Assembly: GCA_965197905.1 (NCBI GenBank) | Contig: CBDAOB010000003.1 | Span: 1,024,001 to 1,088,000, forward strand | Origin: Candidatus Latescibacterota bacterium | GTDB lineage: Bacteria > Latescibacterota > UBA2968 > UBA8231 | Direction: 5' to 3' | Length of the DNA stretch: 64,000 nucleotides | Part shown: positions 1-7,981 of the stretch, in pieces | Numbering within the stretch: the stretch's first letter is position 1 | How the letters are laid out: the number at the start of each line of letters is the position of its first letter | The notes under the pieces: model-generated | The model's input: only the letters and a program-made list of their open reading frames with translations | What the model was told of the DNA's origin: nothing | Database searches by the model: none | Translations under genes and position numbers: made by a program

Positions 1-542
1 TCGGGGCAGCGCTTGCGCAGTCCTTCGAAATACTCCGCCGCCTTCTTACAGACGACCCCCCAACGGTGCTCATCCGGCGGTACCTGGAACGGGCCCGTTT
101 TGAAGATTGTAAATCCGTAATCATCGTGCAGTTTGTGAGCGACGTCGGCCGCTTCCACCGCATCCTTACCTCCGATACTGCGGTAGACCTGGACGCGATC
201 CCTCACGTGTCCCCCCAGCAGCATGTACACAGGCAAACCCGCAGCTCTGGCGCTGATATCCCAGAGCGCATGGTCCAGACCGGACATGGCTGACAGTCCG
301 AGGGCGCCGGGGGGAAATCGAAACTGTTGGAACAGCTTCATCATGATGAACTCGATACGGCGTGGATCGATTCCCTTTACAAGCTCGAAGATGTAGTCGA
401 GGGTCGGTCCTATCGCCAGGTCCGGTCCAACGTTGTAGCACTCTCCCCAACCGCTGATCCCTTCGTCGGTCTCTACCTTGCACAGCGAACGAGGCCGGTT
501 TCCGACTCTCATCATGAAGGATTTGATCGCAGTGATTTTCAT
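1..542 (-). CDS. Mandelate racemase/muconate lactonizing enzyme family (galactonate dehydratase-like), truncated by window edge
   Basis: Manual translation from the ATG at 542 gives MKITAIKSFMMRVGNRPRSLCKVETDEGISGWGE...SGLDHALWDISARAAGLPVYMLLGG, the typical enolase-superfamily capping domain. The frame runs off the left edge. Confidence 0.85.
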   Translation of the reverse strand, partial: MKITAIKSFMMRVGNRPRSLCKVETDEGISGWGECYNVGPDLAIGPTLDYIFELVKGIDPRRIEFIMMKLFQQFRFPPGALGLSAMSGLDHALWDISARAAGLPVYMLLGGHVRDRVQVYRSIGGKDAVEAADVAHKLHDDYGFTIFKTGPFQVPPDEHRWGVVCKKAAEYFEGLRKRCP

Positions 543-543
543 C

Positions 544-1344
544 TTATATGTGTGCCCGCAACATCGGACGAGAGAAAGTCACGGCTAGGTGTTCGGGAAT
601 GCGGCGCTCTCCCGATTCATCGTCCGGATCCACAACGAGCCTTTGGGTACCGGGCGGCATAAAATGTATGGCGAAGGCGCGGCGCAGCCGGTCGGTGCGG
701 TTGGGAGGCGTATAGTGGGCCGTTTGGCAATGGTGGAACATAACGCCGCCGGCGGGCAAATTGATTACGACGTTTTGGTCTTGAGGAACAGCCTCGCCCA
801 CATCGAACAAGGCGTTGGTCGATGAAGATTTCTCGTGCTCGACGAGCCGGTGGTGGGATTGGGGTATAACGTGCATGGCGCCGTTCTCCTTGTCCACATC
901 GTCCAGGGTCAGCCAGCAACTGACCATGTTGGGCGGTTTGCAGCGCCAGTAGCCGTTGTCCTGGTGCCAGAATACGGCGCCACCGTCGCCTGCAGGTTTG
1001 TACAGCGCTTGATCGTGGAAAAGCTGGATATTAGGACCGATCAGGTCTTCGACGATGTCGAGAATCCTGTCGTCGTACAACAATTTTCGATAGAGTATGC
1101 TGCGCTCGCACATCTGCACGATCTGCAGCATTTTTCGGTCGGCATTACGCTTCTCTTCAACATCATCCGTATTGTCGATCGCGAGATTGCGGTAGCGGCC
1201 ATCCTCACCTGCCTCAGCAAACAACCGGTCGTACTCCGAACGCAGCGATGCCACCAGGTCGTCGTCCAGCAGCTTGCCGATGGGCAAATAGCCCTGATCC
1301 CAGAAATCATCGATCTGTGGTTGGGTAAGAGACTTGTGTTTCAC
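544..1344 (-). CDS. Phytanoyl-CoA dioxygenase (PhyH) family Fe(II)/2OG dioxygenase
   Basis: Motifs F..QGYL, WHQDNGYW (HxD), CWLTLDD...ENGAMHVIPQSH and a distal H in TAHYT...RRA. Confidence 0.88.
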   Translation of the reverse strand: MKHKSLTQPQIDDFWDQGYLPIGKLLDDDLVASLRSEYDRLFAEAGEDGRYRNLAIDNTDDVEEKRNADRKMLQIVQMCERSILYRKLLYDDRILDIVEDLIGPNIQLFHDQALYKPAGDGGAVFWHQDNGYWRCKPPNMVSCWLTLDDVDKENGAMHVIPQSHHRLVEHEKSSSTNALFDVGEAVPQDQNVVINLPAGGVMFHHCQTAHYTPPNRTDRLRRAFAIHFMPPGTQRLVVDPDDESGERRIPEHLAVTFSRPMLRAHI

Positions 1345-2225
1345 TCTTCCTCTAATCGTCTGATTCGACGTTCCATTCTGAATGCGAGAAATTCAAAGGG
1401 ATGCCATTTGGAGTAATGTTTCAGGATCGTCTCTTCCCTCGACGAAAGTCCGATCTCCGCACAGTAACTTCGCACCTCAGAGTCTACGGGAATCTGCGAA
1501 AACTCACCAAGCAGAATGGCGATGTGATTTATGCAGTAGGGACCGAGACCTTTCACCTGGCTGAGTTTGTCGACAATCTCCCGCGGCGGGCGCTTTTCCA
1601 GCTCGCCATTCTCGTGGAAGGCCATCGCGACATTCCGCAAGTACTGGGCACGGTATCCCAGTTTGCACTTGTTCATCAGATCCGAAATCCTCATCTCTCG
1701 AACCATCTCGCAGGTCGGAAAAAACTCGTGTCCGTTCTTTGCGATCCTGCCGGTGCATTCGGCAACCAGCCGCTGACACATCTGCCGTGTAAACGCCCAG
1801 GACGCATTGGTTGTAAACAGGGTCTTGACCACATCCTCAAAGAGGGTGGACCCCCTCAACATTCGCGCGCCACCATCTCGAGCAAAGCGATAAATCCGCT
1901 GATCCAACGACCGGGCCCGCTGGATGAACTCGTCAAGATCGATCTCCAACCCGAGCATATACGTCGATCGCTGCCGCAGCATCTTTTTCTCGGCTGCCGT
2001 TAAAACCCGTTTCGATCTGCACAAGACCGAGGCACCTCTCGCAGATTGTTTAACACTAAGATGTGCCAGTTTGCCGTCGAGGTTCTCGTGCCGGCCCAAG
2101 ATTCCGCGCTTGTCATCCCAGGTAAAGGGAGAAAGGCGCACCCATCCATGCGATTGTACGAGCAGGCCGAGGTCGAAGTGGCTCGCGGGCAAACTAAACC
2201 TGGTTATCTGTTTTAACTCCTCCAT
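1341..2225 (-). CDS. HhH-GPD superfamily DNA glycosylase (AlkA/Ogg-like)
   Basis: Motifs RMLRGSTLFEDVVKTLFTTN, FPT, LGYRAQYL, HhH VKGLGPY and IPVDS. Likely start MEELKQ at 2225. The stop overlaps the next gene start (GTGA). Confidence 0.75.
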   Translation of the reverse strand: MEELKQITRFSLPASHFDLGLLVQSHGWVRLSPFTWDDKRGILGRHENLDGKLAHLSVKQSARGASVLCRSKRVLTAAEKKMLRQRSTYMLGLEIDLDEFIQRARSLDQRIYRFARDGGARMLRGSTLFEDVVKTLFTTNASWAFTRQMCQRLVAECTGRIAKNGHEFFPTCEMVREMRISDLMNKCKLGYRAQYLRNVAMAFHENGELEKRPPREIVDKLSQVKGLGPYCINHIAILLGEFSQIPVDSEVRSYCAEIGLSSREETILKHYSKWHPFEFLAFRMERRIRRLEEE

Positions 2226-2281
2226 GGTCGAGACCAGTGATGGAAGAAAAGTTCGTTGGTAGCGTTCATGTATTGGTTCCG

Positions 2282-3373
2282 TTATTGAATCGACTCTAAC
2301 AGCTGCAGCAACTGTGACTGTGTGAATTCGCGCGGGTTGTTCTTGAGTCGTTCCTGATTGACACTTGCGGCGATCTGGACTCGCGCCTCCGCCCCGATGC
2401 CTAGTGAGCTCAATCGCGTCTGGCACCCAATCGACTCCATCAATTCGGTGATCTTTGCCTTTGCCTCGTGGGCATCCCGGACACCTAGTTTTGAGAGAAT
2501 AAGATTGATCATTTTCTGGAGGTGCTCAACTCCCCGCTCATCTGCCACATCCTCTGCGGTAGCGCCGGCATTGAAGGCCAGTACCGGCCCCAGGGTCAAG
2601 CAGACCGCGTGGCCATGCGCGACGCCGAACTCGTGGGTGATCCTGTAGGAGAGCGCATGGGGCGCGGTCGTCTTCCCGATATTGATCGCTTTTCCGGCGA
2701 GATGGGAGGCGCCCATCATAGCTGCCCGGTCTTGAGGTGTCGGGTGGTGCACGGCAGAAACCAAATGGGAGAGGACCAGGTACAACGCCTCCGTAGCGTA
2801 GGCAACGGACTCTTCGGTGGAGTTGACGTTCCAGATCGACTCAATCGACTGGCACAGAGCATCGAGTCCGGTCTCGGCGGTTGTTTGCGGGGGAAGAGAC
2901 TGAGCTAACCGCCAATCGACCACCGCTACGTCTGGAAGAATCGATAGATGGGTGACCGAGTGCTTGACCCCCCCGCGATAGAGCACGGCAAATTGCGTTG
3001 CTTCGCTGCCGGTTCCGGCCGTCGTCGGAACCGCAATCAACGGACAGGCCGCTTTCTCGATGAGTCTGCCGTTGGCGAGGATGTCAGCTGGTTCGTCGGG
3101 TTGTCCGGCAAAACAACGAATCAGCTTGCCGATGTCGATCGCGGTGCCGCCACCAACCGCAACAATGACTTCACACGGCGCTCGTCGAAACTGTTCGAGG
3201 CCCGCAAGAGCATCTTCGAATCTGGGGTTGCTTTCAAAAGCATCGAATTCGCGAACCTCCCGATTCTCCCAGTGGGGTTCCAGCTCCGCCTGCGCTCCCG
3301 ACAGTTGGTAGGCCGAGCGGTCGACTACCAGAAAGACGGACTTCGGGTTGAGGCTGGAAAGCGCCGTCTCCAT
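2282..3373 (-). CDS. Iron-containing alcohol dehydrogenase, phosphonoacetaldehyde reductase-like
   Basis: Motifs GGGTAID, PTTAGTGSEAT, DALCQSIESIW and AINIGKTTAPHALSY...GVAHGHAV. The last is typical of the phosphonoacetaldehyde reductase/HEPD subfamily. Confidence 0.75.
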   Translation of the reverse strand: METALSSLNPKSVFLVVDRSAYQLSGAQAELEPHWENREVREFDAFESNPRFEDALAGLEQFRRAPCEVIVAVGGGTAIDIGKLIRCFAGQPDEPADILANGRLIEKAACPLIAVPTTAGTGSEATQFAVLYRGGVKHSVTHLSILPDVAVVDWRLAQSLPPQTTAETGLDALCQSIESIWNVNSTEESVAYATEALYLVLSHLVSAVHHPTPQDRAAMMGASHLAGKAINIGKTTAPHALSYRITHEFGVAHGHAVCLTLGPVLAFNAGATAEDVADERGVEHLQKMINLILSKLGVRDAHEAKAKITELMESIGCQTRLSSLGIGAEARVQIAASVNQERLKNNPREFTQSQLLQLLESIQ

Positions 3374-3520
3374 CTGGGAACCACAATCAGCTTGTGTTAG
3401 ACGGTTGCTCTTCGGAAGTGTTGGTCTAATCGCCGGACCTTTAGTTATTTTCAGACAGTCCCACCAACCCGCGAACCGGGAACCGGGTTGCGGGAGCTGT
3501 GAAAATCTGGAGGAGATCTC

Positions 3521-3895
3521 ATGAGCGATTATACCCTGCTTGTCGTGTTCCTAGTCCTGCTCTCTCTGGCGGCAGGCATGGTGTTCTTCAGGAGGAAGTT
3601 CAATCACGACGTCGTGTTCGACTCGAAGCCTATAGATTACACCATTACCATGTGGGCGGAAAGAAGCGAGGGGCCAAAATCCGGGCCAGAATCGCTCGCC
3701 CAAGGACCCCACAAGATTACGGCTGAGTATTACGTCACGTTTCAGGCCGAGTCGGTCGAACAACAACGCCAACTTCGAGGGGACTATGCCCATCAGGCGC
3801 AGGCGGATTTTCACCGCCGCCTTACTCCGATGCTGGGTGATTTCAATATCGGAGCCTTGCGTTTCGAGCCAACTGACGAAATCGAGGAGGGATAG
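3521..3895 (+). CDS. Hypothetical protein with N-terminal membrane anchor
   Basis: GGAGGAG RBS. Hydrophobic N-terminus LLVVFLVLLSLAAGMVFF followed by RRK. Confidence 0.65.
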   Translation: MSDYTLLVVFLVLLSLAAGMVFFRRKFNHDVVFDSKPIDYTITMWAERSEGPKSGPESLAQGPHKITAEYYVTFQAESVEQQRQLRGDYAHQAQADFHRRLTPMLGDFNIGALRFEPTDEIEEG

Positions 3896-3983
3896 CCCGA
3901 CTTCGAGGTCCAGCGGGCCACGAGATAGGTAATATTTCGACTACATATTATATTTGCGAGTGCGTTCCATGCTCCGTAACTAG

Positions 3984-4856
3984 ATGCAAAAGAAGGAGTT
4001 GGCTCGATCTGCAGAAGTAAGGTCCACTATGGAAGACGACACAAGTTCTAGCATGATCGCAAAGTTAAAACCCAAGATCTTCGACCTCATGGAGAATGAC
4101 GAGCTGGTCATGGCCAGGATCATCGACATTTTCCTGCTCATTTTGATACTGCTCAACGTCATCATGGTAGTACTGGAGTCCGTTTCCGGTCTAGACGACA
4201 GGTTTGGCACATTCTTCGTAGAGTTCGAGTTCTTTTCCGTGATGGTCTTCACCGTCGAATACCTCCTGCGAATTTGGGTCTGCACCATGCGCGACGAATT
4301 TAACGGTGTGGTGAAGGGCCGGTTCAGGTACGCCCGCACCCCGATGGCGATGGTCGATCTGATCGCCATCGCGCCTTTTTACCTGCCGTTGCTGTTCAAC
4401 TTCGATCTGCGCATGCTGCGACTGCTCCGGCTATTCAGACTCATGCGTTTGCTCAAGGTCCTCCGGTACTCGGAGTCGTTGCGGGTCTTCAGCGACGTCT
4501 ACAGGATGAAGAAGAGCGAACTCGGCATGTGTTTCATGGCTATTCTTTTTCTGCTTGTTATGGCGTCGGCAATCATCTACCACGTCGAGCACGAGGATCA
4601 GCCGGAGGCCTTTTCAAGTATTCCGGCCGCTATGTGGTGGGGGGTTGCTACCTTGACTACCGTCGGATATGGAGACATCTACCCGGTCACCCCGTTGGGC
4701 AAATTCTTTGGCGCTATCATCGCTTTGCTCGGGATAGGCCTATTCGCACTGCCCGCCGGAATTCTTGGTTCCGGGTTCGTCGTCGCATTGCGGCGCAAAA
4801 CCAGCAGCAAATTCTACTGTCCTCATTGCTCCGAAGAGATTACCAGGGAGTCGTAG
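3984..4856 (+). CDS. Voltage-gated potassium channel (ion transporter)
   Basis: S4 segment LRMLRLLRLFRLMRLLK, selectivity filter TTVGYGD, C-terminal CPHC. True start may be 4029. Confidence 0.92.
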   Translation: MQKKELARSAEVRSTMEDDTSSSMIAKLKPKIFDLMENDELVMARIIDIFLLILILLNVIMVVLESVSGLDDRFGTFFVEFEFFSVMVFTVEYLLRIWVCTMRDEFNGVVKGRFRYARTPMAMVDLIAIAPFYLPLLFNFDLRMLRLLRLFRLMRLLKVLRYSESLRVFSDVYRMKKSELGMCFMAILFLLVMASAIIYHVEHEDQPEAFSSIPAAMWWGVATLTTVGYGDIYPVTPLGKFFGAIIALLGIGLFALPAGILGSGFVVALRRKTSSKFYCPHCSEEITRES

Positions 4857-4872
4857 CGACAAAGCCGGCACG

Positions 4873-5970
4873 ATGTCACGCGTGGTGATCTGCGGTGGCG
4901 GTGTTATCGGGACCTCAATCGCCTATTTCCTGGGCATTAGAGGCGTCGAAGCCGTCGTTGTCGAGCGCACCGGCGTCGCCAATGCTGCCTCCGGCAAATC
5001 GGGCGGGTTTCTGGCGCTCGATTGGTGCCGGGGAACGCCGGTCGACGAGCTGGCGCGACGGAGTTTTGCCCTTCACGCAGAGCTCGCTTACACCCTATCC
5101 CAACAGCTGAACCTCGACTGGGGGTACCGTCGTCTGGACACCCTCAGCGTGGCTGCCAGCCAGCGGCGCGACTTTTCATCCTTGAATCGGATGGAGCCTT
5201 TGGGCTGGCTCGGTCCCGCTGCCGCAGTGTGCGATCAGATCGGCACCAAAGAAACGACGGCGCAAGTGCACCCTGCCCTTTTTACCCGAAGCCTCATGAA
5301 GGCCGCCGAAGCGCGAGGGGCGCAGCTCCTGCTTGGGACGGTGGAAGGCCTGTCCTTGACGCCGACAGGGGACCGCATCGACGGCGTCATGATCGATGGG
5401 GAAATCCTCGGGGCGGATGCCGTCGTGATTGCCATGGGACCCTGGTCGATCCTGGCTTGTCGGTGGCTCCAACTTCCGGCGGTCTATGGATTGAAGGGCC
5501 ACAGCCTGATCTTTCGCTATAGTCCGCAGGATCCACGGGCACTGTTCGTCGAACTGGAAACTGCCTCTGGAGTTTTTGAAACCCCCGAGGTCATGCCCCG
5601 TACCGACGGAACGACTTATGTCTGCGGTCTTTCCAGTGAGGACGCTCTTCCCGTCGATCCAAGTGACGTGAGTGTCGACAAGGGATATCCAGAGCAGCTT
5701 CGCTCCATGACGGCAACGATTGCTCCCGAGCTCGGTGCCTCCGAGCTGCTTGCGGTACAGGCATGTTACCGCCCGGTGACCGCGGACGGCATTCCGTTGA
5801 TAGGGCCGGTTGCGGGCGTGGAAGGCGCGTTCGTCGCGACCGGTCACAGCGTGTGGGGCATGCTGAACGGCCCCGCTACCGGAGAAGCGATAGCCGAGCT
5901 GATTGTCGATGGGGCAGCGAGCACCGTGGATATCGCACCTTTCGATCCGGCACGGTTACCAGTCGGATAG
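4873..5970 (+). CDS. FAD-dependent oxidoreductase (DAO family)
   Basis: Motifs VVICGGGVIG, ASGKSGGFLA, QACYRP and ATGHSVWGMLNGPATG. Confidence 0.85.
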   Translation: MSRVVICGGGVIGTSIAYFLGIRGVEAVVVERTGVANAASGKSGGFLALDWCRGTPVDELARRSFALHAELAYTLSQQLNLDWGYRRLDTLSVAASQRRDFSSLNRMEPLGWLGPAAAVCDQIGTKETTAQVHPALFTRSLMKAAEARGAQLLLGTVEGLSLTPTGDRIDGVMIDGEILGADAVVIAMGPWSILACRWLQLPAVYGLKGHSLIFRYSPQDPRALFVELETASGVFETPEVMPRTDGTTYVCGLSSEDALPVDPSDVSVDKGYPEQLRSMTATIAPELGASELLAVQACYRPVTADGIPLIGPVAGVEGAFVATGHSVWGMLNGPATGEAIAELIVDGAASTVDIAPFDPARLPVG

Positions 5971-6067
5971 CAGTGCTCGCGCGATTCTGACCATCCTGGA
6001 GTCCGCCAAATCGGCCTCGTATATTCTTTTCTCGTAGCACACAACAAATCACCGGGACGCAGTTGCC

Positions 6068-7063
6068 TTGGAGTACCGAGAGCTTGGCGGCACCAACATC
6101 GAGGTTTCCGTTGTCGCGCTGGGGTGCTGGTCCTTCGCCGGTGACGTGTATTGGGGGCCGCAGGAGGACCACGATTCGATCGCAACGGTGCACGCTGCTC
6201 TGGACGAGGGGGTGAACTTTTTTGACACCGCCGAAAGCTATGGCGCCGGACGTTCCGAATTCGTTCTCGGCAAGGCCCTCAAGGGGCATCGAAACGATGC
6301 CGTAATCGCTACGAAGGTCAGCCACGGTAGTGGCGCGCCGGGCGAGATCGAAGACGCCTGTGCCCGGAGCCTCCAAAATCTCGACACGGACTATATCGAC
6401 CTTTATCAGATCCATTGGCCCTTCCGCGATACTCCGGTCGAGTCGACGCTGGATGTTATGGAGAAGCTGAGGCGGGAGGGGAAGATTCTCACGTGTGGTG
6501 TCTGCAACTTCGGAGCACGAGATCTGGCCGAGCTGGCACAGTTCGCGGATTGCGCAACGAACCAGCTGCCGTACAGCCTGCTGGCCCGCGCTATCGAATA
6601 CGAGATCCAGCCACATTGCGTTGAGCATGACATAGGTATCATATGTTACACTCCATTAGCTCAGGGTTTGCTGACGGGCCGCTACGCCACGGCCGACGAA
6701 GTGCCGACTCCAAGAGCGATCAGCAGACATTTCGATGGACAGCGAAATGGGGCGCGTCACGGTGAAGAAGGCTGCGAGTCAGAGGTATTTGAAGCCCTGG
6801 GCAAGATCGCGGGGATGGCCCGAGGTTTAGAAGAGCCGATGGCTGCAGTGGCGTTGGCATGGGTGCGACAGCAAGCTGGTGTGACAGCCCTGTTGACCGG
6901 CGCCCGCAACCCGGACGAATTGCGGGAGAACATTCGGGGGGCCGATCTCCACCTCGACGTCGGCACCACGCAGGCGCTGGACGAGGTTACGCTAGAGGTC
7001 AAAGAGAAGCTGGGTGCCAACGCCGACCTGTGGTCATCGAGCACCGAATCCAGAATTCGATAA
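6068..7063 (+). CDS. Aldo/keto reductase
   Basis: Motifs FDTAESYG, IATKV, DYIDLYQIHWP, GVCNF and NQLPYSLL. Confidence 0.9.
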   Translation: MEYRELGGTNIEVSVVALGCWSFAGDVYWGPQEDHDSIATVHAALDEGVNFFDTAESYGAGRSEFVLGKALKGHRNDAVIATKVSHGSGAPGEIEDACARSLQNLDTDYIDLYQIHWPFRDTPVESTLDVMEKLRREGKILTCGVCNFGARDLAELAQFADCATNQLPYSLLARAIEYEIQPHCVEHDIGIICYTPLAQGLLTGRYATADEVPTPRAISRHFDGQRNGARHGEEGCESEVFEALGKIAGMARGLEEPMAAVALAWVRQQAGVTALLTGARNPDELRENIRGADLHLDVGTTQALDEVTLEVKEKLGANADLWSSSTESRIR

Positions 7064-7099
7064 GGTGGGGGATAGATCCGTGACGCCCGAATTAGATCT

Positions 7100-7939
7100 A
7101 TGATACTTGGACTCGCTTTGCCTACCTATGCCGGTGTTATGCCGGAGGCCAAACCCCTGCATTGGCTTCTCGATCGCTGTGTCGAGTACGAACTTGGGGC
7201 CCTGGAGGCTTCTCTTCCTCTGGACGGAAGCGAAGATCCGCGCGACGTGGGCCGCAAAGCAGCTGATTTCGGGATAAGTTGGCTCGGTTACTGGAACAGC
7301 GATTTCGTCACCCCGGTTGGCGGAGCTGTAGGGCTCGTCGACCAGGCCCACCGCGCATTCGACGTCGCGGTGAAAGGAGACGTGAGTACGGTGATTGCGT
7401 TTGGAGCCGGAGGCAAACACAACCGTTTTACGCGGGAACCTGTGTTGGCGGAACAACTACAAAGAGTTGCCGATCATCTGAGCCCGGTCGTCGAGGCGGC
7501 CGCAGAACGCAGCTTGCGGTTGGCGCTTTTGCCCCATTTGGACTACCGCGCCGCCGAAACGCTGCAGGTGATCGAGCAGGTGAATCATTCCGCTCTAAGA
7601 ATGGCGTTCGACTCCGCGAACCCGTTTCCAGTCTGCGAAGAGCCAGTCGACGCAGCGAAGGTGGTGCTGCCCCATGCAGCGGCGGTGGCCTTGAAGGACG
7701 TGCAGATTTTCCCGTACCGCTCAAATGACGTCACCATCCGGGGGACGCCGCTGGGCCAGGGGTCGGTGGACTTCGATCAAATCCTTCCGCTTTTGGAGGA
7801 ACTGTTGCCCGAGCCAGACAAGACCACAGTGTGCATAAAGCTGCGATTGCCGCCGGATTCCACCGAGCACGCAGCCTGGATGGAGGCGAGCCTGGGATAT
7901 GTTCGCGCCCATCAGGCGCTTGCCGGAAAGCTTCCATAA
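7100..7939 (+). CDS. Xylose isomerase-like TIM barrel (sugar phosphate isomerase/epimerase family) with degenerate metal site
   Basis: Motifs FDSANPF...EEP, LKD and PLGQGSVDF. The usual ENH, HLKD and final E positions appear as LPH, ALKD and IK. Confidence 0.7.
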   Translation: MILGLALPTYAGVMPEAKPLHWLLDRCVEYELGALEASLPLDGSEDPRDVGRKAADFGISWLGYWNSDFVTPVGGAVGLVDQAHRAFDVAVKGDVSTVIAFGAGGKHNRFTREPVLAEQLQRVADHLSPVVEAAAERSLRLALLPHLDYRAAETLQVIEQVNHSALRMAFDSANPFPVCEEPVDAAKVVLPHAAAVALKDVQIFPYRSNDVTIRGTPLGQGSVDFDQILPLLEELLPEPDKTTVCIKLRLPPDSTEHAAWMEASLGYVRAHQALAGKLP

Positions 7940-7981
7940 ATACAGACACGTCCTCTGGTTCGCTGTTCGAAGGAAACAATC

